From the NCBI RefSeq assembly GCF_004376175.1, contig NZ_SNUY01000002.1, positions 43,051 to 75,050 on the forward strand: DNA of 32,000 bases, written 5' to 3'. A program made the translations under genes and the position numbers. The notes under the pieces are model-generated. The model saw only the letters and a program-made list of their open reading frames with translations. It ran no database searches and was not told the origin of the DNA. Source of the stretch: Halalkalibacterium halodurans. Lineage in GTDB: Bacteria; Bacillota; Bacilli; Bacillales; Bacillaceae_D. Below, one piece after another: positions 8,764 to 16,691 of the stretch (the stretch's first letter is position 1; each line of letters begins with the position of its first letter).

Positions 8764-9768
8764 ATGGCAATTCTTGTGACGGGTGGGGCTGGTTATATCG
8801 GGAGTCATACGGTGTTGTTTCTTTTAGAGCAAGGTGAGCAAGTCATTGTTCTAGACAACTTACAGAAAGGGCACGCTGGGGCATTGTCCGATGTGACATT
8901 CTATCATGGGGATATCCGAGATGATCAGCTGCTCGATACGATTTTTACGACTCATTCGATCGATACGGTCATCCATTTCGCTGCCAATTCCCTTGTAGGA
9001 GAGAGTGTAAAACGACCGATTGAATATTATGAAAACAATGTGATCGGCACCCATACGCTATTGAAGAAAATGCTTGAGCATGATGTAAAGAAAATCGTGT
9101 TTTCGTCGACCGCTGCCACATATGGCGAGCCAGTGCAAATTCCGATTCAGGAATCGGATCCGACCATTCCGACAAACCCTTATGGAGAGACGAAGCTCGC
9201 GATCGAAAAAATGTTCCATTGGTGTCAAGAAGCTTATGGACTCCAGTATGTTTGCCTCCGCTATTTTAATGCTGCTGGGGCAGATCCGAACGGACGTATT
9301 GGCGAAGATCATAGTCCTGAAAGTCACCTAATACCAATTGTTTTACAAGTGGCGTTAGGTCAACGGGAGAGGGTCGCGATTTTCGGTGACGACTATCAAA
9401 CGGAAGATGGTAGCTGCATTCGAGATTACATTCACGTTATGGATTTAGCCAACGCCCATTATTTAGCATGTGAGCATTTGCGTAAAGATGGACAGTCAGG
9501 AAGCTTTAATTTAGGGAACGGGAAAGGCTTTTCCGTCAAGGAAGTGATTGAAGTGTGCCGTCAAGTGACGGGACATCCGATTCCTGCAGAGATAGCACCA
9601 AGGAGAAGTGGAGATCCTGCTTCGCTTATCGCTTCCTCAGAAAAAGCACAAACCATTCTTGGCTGGGAACCTAAGTATCCTTCCCTTGAAACGATGGTTG
9701 AACATGCGTGGAATTGGCACAAGGAACATCCACATGGGTATTCAACAGAAAACAAAGATAAGCAATGA
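8764..9768 (+). CDS. galE: UDP-glucose 4-epimerase
   Basis: Start at ATG 8764 (GGAGG upstream) gives MAILVTGGAGYIGSH, a Rossmann GxxGxxG motif. SDR catalytic YGETK and the C-terminal DPASLIASSEKA are typical of GalE. The 7-codon N-terminal extension in the track overlaps galK. Confidence 0.92.
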   Translation: MAILVTGGAGYIGSHTVLFLLEQGEQVIVLDNLQKGHAGALSDVTFYHGDIRDDQLLDTIFTTHSIDTVIHFAANSLVGESVKRPIEYYENNVIGTHTLLKKMLEHDVKKIVFSSTAATYGEPVQIPIQESDPTIPTNPYGETKLAIEKMFHWCQEAYGLQYVCLRYFNAAGADPNGRIGEDHSPESHLIPIVLQVALGQRERVAIFGDDYQTEDGSCIRDYIHVMDLANAHYLACEHLRKDGQSGSFNLGNGKGFSVKEVIEVCRQVTGHPIPAEIAPRRSGDPASLIASSEKAQTILGWEPKYPSLETMVEHAWNWHKEHPHGYSTENKDKQ

Positions 9769-9823
9769 CACGTAAAGATTCATGTCTCTTGATCAAATCT
9801 ACTAGGAAGAAGGTGGAAGAGTC

Positions 9824-11350
9824 ATGTCACAATCATCAATTGCTATCCAGATTGAAGCGCTACTAACCTATGCCCTGCAGCATGGGCTCATTACAAAATG
9901 GGATATAGATGCTAGTCGAAACCGAGTTCTTGACGTATTAGATTTAGATGAACTAGAGCCGGTCGAACAAGTGGACGTAGAGTGCGAGATGCCTTACCCA
10001 ATACTAGAAAACATTCTCGACTGGGCTGCTGAAAATGGGCGACTGGAAGCAAATACAGTAACGTACCGAGATCTACTTGACACGAAACTAATGGGCGCAC
10101 TACTCGGCCAGCCATCAGAGACGATTCGGACCTTTTATGAGAGGTACGAACAACAAGGGCCAGAGGAAGCGACGAAAGCCTTTTACGACTTTTCTAAACA
10201 AGTTCATTACATTCGGACCGATCGGATTGCCAAGAACGAACATTGGTTTAGTGAAACACCGTATGGCCAGCTAGAAATCACCATCAATCTTTCCAAGCCT
10301 GAAAAAGATCCGAAAGCGATTGCGCAAGCGAAGCACCTGCAGGCAAGTTCGTATCCAAAGTGCTTGTTATGTAAAGAAAATGTCGGGTATCGCGGAAGAG
10401 TCAATCATCCTGCCAGACAAAATTTGCGCGTCATACCTGTCGAGTTGAATCAAGAGCAGTGGTACATGCAATTTTCGCCCTACGTCTATTACAATGAGCA
10501 TGCGATTGTGTTCTCTGGTGAGCACGTACCGATGAAAATATCGACGGAAACGTTTGCTCGTCTATTGGAATTTACAGAAAAATTCCCCCATTATTTTATT
10601 GGCTCGAATGCCGATTTACCGATTGTAGGCGGCTCGATTTTAAGTCACGATCATTTTCAAGGGGGGAATCATGCGTTTCCGATGGCGAAAGCTAGTATGG
10701 AAAAAACGTTTAGCATCAGTCGATTCCCTTCGGTTATAGCCGGGATTGTGAAGTGGCCGATGTCTGTCGTTCGCTTACAAGGAATGGACCGAGAGGAGCT
10801 CGTCAAAGCGGCGGACCATGTTTATCATGCTTGGCAAGCATACGGTGATGAGGCGGCGGACATCTATCCGTTTACAGGAGATACACCGCATAATACCATT
10901 ACTCCCATTGCTAGACGACGGGGAGAATTGTTTGAACTGGATCTCGTTTTACGAAACAATCGAACGAGTAAAGAGCACCCGGATGGCATTTTCCACCCGC
11001 ACCAAGAAGTTCATCACATTAAAAAAGAAAACATTGGCTTAATTGAAGTGATGGGGCTTGCCGTCCTACCTGGCCGGTTAAAGGAAGAGCTCGAGCTTCT
11101 GGCAGAGGCGTTGCTCTCAAGTGATCCAAGGCAGGTGATCGCTCGGTATGAGCAAATTCAAAAGCATGAAGCTTGGGCGCTGGCGATTAAAGAGCGTCAT
11201 GCTCATTTACATGATAGCAATGTAATGGACATTTTGCGAGATGAAATTGGCAAGGTGTTTGCGACGATTTTGGCCCACGCCGGTGTGTTTAAGCGGACGG
11301 GGGAAGGAGCAGCCGCTTTTGACCGTTTCATTTCTACTCTTAATCAATAA
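9824..11350 (+). CDS. galT: Galactose-1-phosphate uridylyltransferase (long Gram-positive type)
   Basis: 508 aa. Blocks LEITINLSKPEKDPKAIA, GSNADLPIVGGSILSHDHFQGG, HNTITPIARRR and HHIKKENIGLIEVMGLAVLP match the GalT of Firmicutes as I remember it. Follows galK-galE. Confidence 0.92.
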   Translation: MSQSSIAIQIEALLTYALQHGLITKWDIDASRNRVLDVLDLDELEPVEQVDVECEMPYPILENILDWAAENGRLEANTVTYRDLLDTKLMGALLGQPSETIRTFYERYEQQGPEEATKAFYDFSKQVHYIRTDRIAKNEHWFSETPYGQLEITINLSKPEKDPKAIAQAKHLQASSYPKCLLCKENVGYRGRVNHPARQNLRVIPVELNQEQWYMQFSPYVYYNEHAIVFSGEHVPMKISTETFARLLEFTEKFPHYFIGSNADLPIVGGSILSHDHFQGGNHAFPMAKASMEKTFSISRFPSVIAGIVKWPMSVVRLQGMDREELVKAADHVYHAWQAYGDEAADIYPFTGDTPHNTITPIARRRGELFELDLVLRNNRTSKEHPDGIFHPHQEVHHIKKENIGLIEVMGLAVLPGRLKEELELLAEALLSSDPRQVIARYEQIQKHEAWALAIKERHAHLHDSNVMDILRDEIGKVFATILAHAGVFKRTGEGAAAFDRFISTLNQ

Positions 11351-11352
11351 GA

Positions 11353-11390
11353 AAAAAGGAAGTGAGCTTCTCTGGCTACACTTCCTTTTT
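11353..11390. terminator. Bidirectional Rho-independent terminator between convergent galT and the minus-strand small gene
   Basis: AAAAAGGAAGTG (11353-11364) pairs with CACTTCCTTTTT (11379-11390) across a 14-nt loop. A/T runs flank both sides, so it can terminate either strand. The right arm overlaps the last codons and the stop (11376-11378) of the minus-strand ORF. Confidence 0.8.
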
Positions 11391-11594
11391 ACGTTCGCGT
11401 ATCATGAGACGCTGCTGCTCCTCGATAGCATCTAACCGCTGGAGAATAATGTCCATTTTGTCATTAAGATCTTCTAATTCAGGGTTCCACTCTTGGCGCA
11501 TTTCCAATTCCTTTGCTTTATGTCGAAACACAATAAAGACGATCACAGCCGGAAGGGCAATGGCTGCTAACGGAATCAGCAGCTCAAATGACAT
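11376..11594 (-). CDS. Small single-pass membrane protein with a C-terminal coiled-coil-like tail (function unknown; PspB-like architecture only)
   Basis: 72-aa ORF. GAGGAAG SD lies 5 nt upstream and the ORF starts 7 nt after the YbjQ-family gene's stop. N-terminal TM segment LLIPLAAIALPAVIVFIVF, then a charged heptad-like tail. No verifiable family assignment. Confidence 0.5.
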   Translation of the reverse strand: MSFELLIPLAAIALPAVIVFIVFRHKAKELEMRQEWNPELEDLNDKMDIILQRLDAIEEQQRLMIRERKKEV

Positions 11595-11601
11595 AGCTTC
11601 C

Positions 11602-11925
11602 TCAGCTCCTTCTTCTCAATTTAACAGCTGTACCTGTGGCTACACACATAAGCATTCCATCTCGAAGGGTTTCAAAGTCTAGCATCACGCCAACGACGGC
11701 ATCCGCACCTAATTGAGCCGCTCGGTCTTCCATTTCTCGCACGGCAATTTGCCGACCTTCTGCTAGTTTATCTTCATAAGCTGCGCTTCGTCCGCCGATC
11801 ACATCGGAGATTCCTGCAAGAAAGTCGCGAACGACATTTGCTCCCATAATCGCTTCTCCATTTACAATGCCGACATAGTCTGTAATTTCATGTCCTTCAA
11901 CAGAGTGAGTAGTAGTAGAAATCAT
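11602..11925 (-). CDS. YbjQ/UPF0145-family protein
   Basis: 107 aa. The pattern G.EI..Y.G.V.GE...GAN..RD..A...D..GGRS..YE..L...R..A...M...A..LGA.AV.G...D is characteristic of the YbjQ (UPF0145) family. GAGGAGG SD lies upstream. Confidence 0.8.
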   Translation of the reverse strand: MISTTTHSVEGHEITDYVGIVNGEAIMGANVVRDFLAGISDVIGGRSAAYEDKLAEGRQIAVREMEDRAAQLGADAVVGVMLDFETLRDGMLMCVATGTAVKLRRRS

Positions 11926-12142
11926 GTCATTGGTTCCTCCTCAAGGTTTAAGAAATTTGTTTCGCTATTTATACGAAGGAATCCTCTTTTTCGTTTCAAA
12001 TTGTTCCAATATGAGAGAGTTTCACTACTTTAGAGGGGAGGATGAAATGTTTAGTAGTCATGATCAAATGGAGTTAAGGATAAGTGTACGAGGGTTCTAC
12101 TAGTACCTCGTCTAAGGGAATCGCCGAGTTTTCTTTTGTTCA

Positions 12143-12171
12143 TCATCATTAGGGAAGATGATTCATAAAAT
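12143..12171 (+). promoter_or_regulatory. Candidate sigma-E-type promoter for spoVR
   Basis: TCATCAT, a 14-nt spacer, then CATAAAAT (12164-12171) resembles the remembered sigma-E consensus (-35 xxATAxx, 14 bp, -10 CATACAxT). B. subtilis spoVR is sigma-E dependent. Motif match only. Confidence 0.35.
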
Positions 12172-12200
12172 GAACAAAGCGGAGCTAAGGAGGGGACGAG

Positions 12201-13610
12201 ATGTCAACAGACGCTTGGAAAGAGCTTCAACATGCGATAGAAGAAATTACGGAGATTGCCGAAGGGTTTGGCTTAGACTTTTATCCGATGCGCTATGAAA
12301 TTTGTCCTGCTGATATTATTTACACGTTTGGTGCCTATGGGATGCCCACTAGGTATACCCATTGGAGCTTTGGAAAGCAGTTTTATAAAATGAAGCTTCA
12401 ATATGATCTGGGTTTAAGTAAAATTTATGAACTCGTCATTAATTCAGATCCGTGCTATGCCTTCTTGCTTGATAGCAATAGTCTCATTCAAAATAAGCTC
12501 ATTGTGGCCCACGTTCTGGCCCATTGTGATTTCTTTAAAAACAACGTTCGTTTTTCGAATACGAGAAGGGATATGGTGGAAAGCATGAGCGCGACAGCCG
12601 AACGTATTGCCCATTATGAACACGTTCATGGCAAAGCAGAGGTAGAGCGGTTTCTTGATGCGGTCCTTGCGATTCAGGAGCATATTGACCCAAGTCTCGT
12701 GCGGCCAAAGCTATCCTGGTCGATGGAGGATGAACCGGAAGAAGAGATAAAACCGAAGCGCTCAGAATTTGACGACTTATGGAATCTTGATGCAACGAAA
12801 GAGCCAGGGCGCCGGGAGTCAAAGAAAAAAGCGTTTCCACCGAAGCCGGAAAAGGACATTCTTTTATTTATTGAAGAATATAGTCGGGAATTAGAGCCGT
12901 GGCAACGGGATGTGTTAACGATGATGAGGGAGGAAATGCTTTATTTCTGGCCACAGCTTGAGACGAAGGTTATGAATGAAGGATGGGCATCTTATTGGCA
13001 CGCTCGAATCATTCGTGAGATGGATTTAACAAGCGCCGAAGCGGTGGAATTTGCCAAGCTGAATGCCAATGTTGTTCAACCGTCTCGAACGACAATCAAT
13101 CCCTATTATTTGGGTTTGAAAATTTTTGAGGATATTGAGCAGTGCTATAATGAGCCGTCAGAAGAGATGAAGAGGCAAGGAGTAAAGCCGGGGAGCGGAC
13201 GGGAAAAGATTTTTGAAGTTCGCGAAATTGAATCGGATCTTTCCTTTATCCGTAATTACTTAACGAAAGATCTCGTCATGCGTGAAGATATGTACTTATT
13301 TCAAAAACAGGGAGCCGATTACAAGATTGTTGATAAAGACTGGGAGGAAGTCCGTGATCAACTCGTTTCATCCAGAATCAATGGCGGGTTTCCGTACTTA
13401 GTCGTAACCGATGGTGACTTTTTAAAAAACGGTGAGCTTTACATTCAACATCGCTATGAGAGCACGGAACTCGATGTCGGCTATCTTGAAAAGGTGCTTC
13501 CTTATTTGCATCAGCTTTGGGGACGATCGGTTCATGTAGAAACGGTCATTAATGACAAAGCGGTCACGTTTACGTATGATGGCAACAAAGTGCACCGAAA
13601 GTATTTATAA
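12201..13610 (+). CDS. spoVR: Stage V sporulation protein R
   Basis: 469 aa with AAGGAGGGGA SD. Strong resemblance to the SpoVR family ([26 protein letters not shown]..; NEGWASYWH; [15 protein letters not shown]). Length matches B. subtilis SpoVR. Confidence 0.92.
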   Translation: MSTDAWKELQHAIEEITEIAEGFGLDFYPMRYEICPADIIYTFGAYGMPTRYTHWSFGKQFYKMKLQYDLGLSKIYELVINSDPCYAFLLDSNSLIQNKLIVAHVLAHCDFFKNNVRFSNTRRDMVESMSATAERIAHYEHVHGKAEVERFLDAVLAIQEHIDPSLVRPKLSWSMEDEPEEEIKPKRSEFDDLWNLDATKEPGRRESKKKAFPPKPEKDILLFIEEYSRELEPWQRDVLTMMREEMLYFWPQLETKVMNEGWASYWHARIIREMDLTSAEAVEFAKLNANVVQPSRTTINPYYLGLKIFEDIEQCYNEPSEEMKRQGVKPGSGREKIFEVREIESDLSFIRNYLTKDLVMREDMYLFQKQGADYKIVDKDWEEVRDQLVSSRINGGFPYLVVTDGDFLKNGELYIQHRYESTELDVGYLEKVLPYLHQLWGRSVHVETVINDKAVTFTYDGNKVHRKYL

Positions 13611-13617
13611 AAGTGGG

Positions 13618-13640
13618 GGCTGTCTTTAGGCAGCCTTTTT
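13618..13640 (+). terminator. Rho-independent terminator after spoVR
   Basis: GGCTGTC-ttta-GGCAGCC (one G-U pair) followed by TTTTT, starting 8 nt after the TAA. Confidence 0.75.
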
Positions 13641-13767
13641 CTTAGTGTATTCTTTTCAAAAAACGTAAAGAATTGTTGATAATGAAAAGAAATTTAACGT
13701 TTTTCCTCTATGAGATTATCGTCTTCGCCTTTATACTATGTTGTACCTGTGCAAGTTGCAAAGAAAT

Positions 13768-13781
13768 GTAAGCGGTTTCTT
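13768..13781 (+). promoter_or_regulatory. cre-like CcpA operator upstream of the first PL11 lyase gene
   Basis: aaTGTAAGCGGTTTCTtt matches the remembered cre consensus WWTGNAARCGNWWWCAWW at 17 of 18 positions. It lies between a candidate -10 (TATACT 13733-13738) and the start codon at 13820. Confidence 0.55.
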
Positions 13782-13819
13782 TCGTCCCTGTGCGGGAAAT
13801 TCTCAAAAGGGGGAAGAGA

Positions 13820-16624
13820 ATGAGGAAAAGGCTGACTTTTCTGTTGATCGTCGTCATGGTCTGTGCAGTTTCTTTAACGGTTCCTTTCTCACATCTACCG
13901 GAAGTGAAAGGAAAGGAGAAAGGTAAAGTAACAGGGTTACAGGTTGAAGCACAAGGAGAAGAGTATGTGACGCTCACGTGGGATGATTTTGATCAGACGG
14001 ATGTGTACGTTGTTTATTGGGCGAATAAAGACACGGCCGATATGAATTATCGACAGGTCGGGGAAGTTTCGGAAACGAGTTTTACTTTTGAACGCTCCAC
14101 CCACATGCCTCACTACTTTAAAGTGGCTGCACTCATCGATGAAGAAGAAGTGGCAATGTCGGAGACGATCCGTTCGGACAAGCATGACAATCTAAAGGTC
14201 CAATTAGAATATTTAGATCGGGGACTTGTCGTAGCGACAACAGATGAAGGGAATTTCTTAAGCTGGCGGCTACTTGTGAATGAAGTTTCCGGTTATTCTG
14301 AGCAAGGATTGACCGGTGTAAACTTCAACGTCTATCGAGATGGAAAGAAAATTGCAACAGTTGAGGATAGTACGAACTATCGCGATCTCGAGGGGAGGAG
14401 TGATGCAACCTATCACGTACGCGCTGTAAAAGATGGCAAAGAAATGGACAAAAGCGCAGTCGTAACCCCATGGGAAACGGATTATTATGAGCTGCCGTTG
14501 CAAAAGCCTGAGGACGGAATCACCCCTGCTGGTGAACCTTATACGTACCATGCAAACGACATGAGCGTGGGGGATGTGACGGGCGATGGGCAATATGAAT
14601 TTTTCGTCAAGTGGGACCCTTCGAATTCAAAGGATGTCTCACAGAAAGGTTACACTGGCAACACGTACATCGATGCGTACCGATTGGACGGGACGCTTTT
14701 GTATCGAATTGATTTAGGCGTTAACATTCGTTCGGGAGCGCATTATACGCAGTTTCTCGTCTATGATTTTGATGGTAATGGTACGGCTGAATTGATGTTT
14801 AAAACGGCACCGGGAACGAAAGCAATCACATTTGATGAAGAAGGAAATGTAGCAAGTGAGCGCTACATTACGATGCCCGAAGAAGACGTTCAAGCAGGCT
14901 ACAGCCATGAGGATGATTTTCGGATGAGCGCAGATGACTACTATGCATATTTAGTAAACGTTTTTAAAGGCTGGCATGAACATGAGGAAGTCGTTGCTGG
15001 ACGCTGGCCAGAGACGATCGAAGAAAGTTTAGGGATTGAACCGCGTTATTCGTACCCACTTACTCAAGAAGACGCGGAGGAACTTGTCGATTACTTTATC
15101 GATGAATATGCTCCGAGCCGAAGCGGAAGAAATGATCTTCGCACGTTTGAAGGATTCATTGTGGAAGGTCCCGAATATTTAACGGTATTCGATGGGAGAA
15201 CAGGCGCTGAGCTCGAAACGATTCACTATAAGCCTGAGCGTCATGATGACGGACTCATGTGGGGCGATTACGCGATGGCAAGAATCGAACCAGCGAACCG
15301 CGTTGATCGTTTTCTTGCGGGAGTGGCTTATCTTGACGGAAAACAGCCGTTTGCCGTATTTGCGAGAGGCTACTATACACGGACTACATTGGTCAGCTAT
15401 CGTTGGGACGGACAATCATTAAAGGAGCATTGGTATGTGGATAGCGGCTGGGTGCCGATGGATAATCCATTTAACGATAGTCCACATGGTCGTAATGGTA
15501 CTGACCCAGAATATGGGACGTTAACGACCCAAGGAGCCCATTCCTTAAGTGTCGCTGATGTGGACGGGGATGGAAAGCATGAAATCATTTACGGTGCTGC
15601 GACGATCGATCATGATGGATCGGTCCTTTACAGTTCAGAGGATGTGCTACCAGAAGGGAGTGCAGATCCTGGAGCCATGGCGAAGCTTGGACATGGAGAT
15701 GCTCTTCATGTCGCTGATATAAATCCAGATCGCCCAGGGCAAGAAATCTTTATGGTATTCGAAGGTGGACCGTGGGCGCCATACGGGTACGCTTTGAGAG
15801 ATGCAGAAACAGGCGATGTCATCTATGGTGGATATACAGGGCAAGACACGGGGCGCGGAATGGTCGGAGATGTCATACCATCAACAAGAGGCTTAGAAAC
15901 GTGGGCAGTTGGCCTATGGACAGCCGATGGTCAGAAAATAAGCGATTCCATGCCAGGGACAAATATGAACATTAAATGGGCAGCGGATATGACGACACAA
16001 ATTGTCAATGGTGCGATTGAACAGACGCCGACAATTGATGATTGGACTCGTGGGCGGCTTTTAACAGCAACGGGCACGCGGACGAACAATTACACGAAAG
16101 GAAATCCGTCGTTAGTTGCAGATGTCTTTGGTGATTGGCGTGAAGAACTGTTAGTAAGAGCGGAGGACAGCTCAGCCATTCGCATTTATTTAAGCACTGA
16201 AGTGACTGATCGAAAGCTGTATACGCTAATGCACGATATCCAATATCGAACAGGGATCGCGTGGCAAAACGTTGGCTACAACCAACCATCTTATCCGAGC
16301 TTTTACTTTGCCTCCGATACGGATTGGGCGTATGTTCCTGTTCCTGACTTTAAAATGCCTGCTTTGGCGCTCAAGTTACAGCAGCAACTTAGCGAATATG
16401 AGAAGAACGGAGAATTAAAAAATCCACTATTGAAGCAACTGCAAACGACGTTACGTCAAGCAATTCATCACGCAGAAAAAGGATCGTACAAACAAGCGAT
16501 CAAAACAATGGAACGTTTTCAAACGCAATTAGATAAACGGAAGAAGAAGCAGTTATCTGATGAAGTAGCTGCCCACCTCCACTATCTAGCTGCACAATAT
16601 ATTGCCGACCTGAGAAAAAAATGA
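13820..16624 (+). CDS. Secreted rhamnogalacturonan lyase, PL11 family (YesW/YesX-like), with an N-terminal FN3-like module and a helical C-terminal tail
   Basis: Start at ATG 13820 (AAGGGGGA SD) gives the signal peptide MRKRLTFLLIVVMVCAVSL. The catalytic beta-propeller blocks are those of YesW-type PL11 lyases and of the paralogue at 17789: GDVTGDGQYEFFVKWDPSNSKD, GAHYTQFLVYDFDGNG, NRVDRFLAGVAYLDG, VADVDGDGKHEIIYG, GDWREE, AWQNVGYNQP. Confidence 0.88.
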   Translation: MRKRLTFLLIVVMVCAVSLTVPFSHLPEVKGKEKGKVTGLQVEAQGEEYVTLTWDDFDQTDVYVVYWANKDTADMNYRQVGEVSETSFTFERSTHMPHYFKVAALIDEEEVAMSETIRSDKHDNLKVQLEYLDRGLVVATTDEGNFLSWRLLVNEVSGYSEQGLTGVNFNVYRDGKKIATVEDSTNYRDLEGRSDATYHVRAVKDGKEMDKSAVVTPWETDYYELPLQKPEDGITPAGEPYTYHANDMSVGDVTGDGQYEFFVKWDPSNSKDVSQKGYTGNTYIDAYRLDGTLLYRIDLGVNIRSGAHYTQFLVYDFDGNGTAELMFKTAPGTKAITFDEEGNVASERYITMPEEDVQAGYSHEDDFRMSADDYYAYLVNVFKGWHEHEEVVAGRWPETIEESLGIEPRYSYPLTQEDAEELVDYFIDEYAPSRSGRNDLRTFEGFIVEGPEYLTVFDGRTGAELETIHYKPERHDDGLMWGDYAMARIEPANRVDRFLAGVAYLDGKQPFAVFARGYYTRTTLVSYRWDGQSLKEHWYVDSGWVPMDNPFNDSPHGRNGTDPEYGTLTTQGAHSLSVADVDGDGKHEIIYGAATIDHDGSVLYSSEDVLPEGSADPGAMAKLGHGDALHVADINPDRPGQEIFMVFEGGPWAPYGYALRDAETGDVIYGGYTGQDTGRGMVGDVIPSTRGLETWAVGLWTADGQKISDSMPGTNMNIKWAADMTTQIVNGAIEQTPTIDDWTRGRLLTATGTRTNNYTKGNPSLVADVFGDWREELLVRAEDSSAIRIYLSTEVTDRKLYTLMHDIQYRTGIAWQNVGYNQPSYPSFYFASDTDWAYVPVPDFKMPALALKLQQQLSEYEKNGELKNPLLKQLQTTLRQAIHHAEKGSYKQAIKTMERFQTQLDKRKKKQLSDEVAAHLHYLAAQYIADLRKK

Positions 16625-16636
16625 GTAGACGAAAAA

Positions 16637-16664
16637 GGCCGCTTCAAACAGAATGGAGCGGTCC
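16637..16664 (+). terminator. Weak hairpin (possible partial terminator or attenuator) between lyase 1 and the esterase gene
   Basis: GGCCGCT (16637-16643) pairs with AGCGG-t-CC (16657-16664) with one bulge and a 13-nt loop. The downstream tract is only T-rich (TCTTC), so it is at best leaky. Confidence 0.3.
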
Positions 16665-16691
16665 TCTTCAACAACTGAAAGGAGACAGTCT

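Noticed and set aside
11362-11682. 106-aa + strand ORF opposite the small membrane protein and the YbjQ-family gene
   Set aside because: It starts inside the galT terminator loop, has no SD, and is Ser/Arg/Cys-rich. The minus-strand genes have SDs and a family match.
13747-13794. Direct repeat CCTGTGC (13747-13753 and 13788-13794) flanking the cre-like site, and the palindrome TGCAAgTTGCA (13751-13761)
   Set aside because: A 7-mer repeat within a ~200-nt region is about what chance predicts. No matching motif occurs upstream of the other promoters of the locus.
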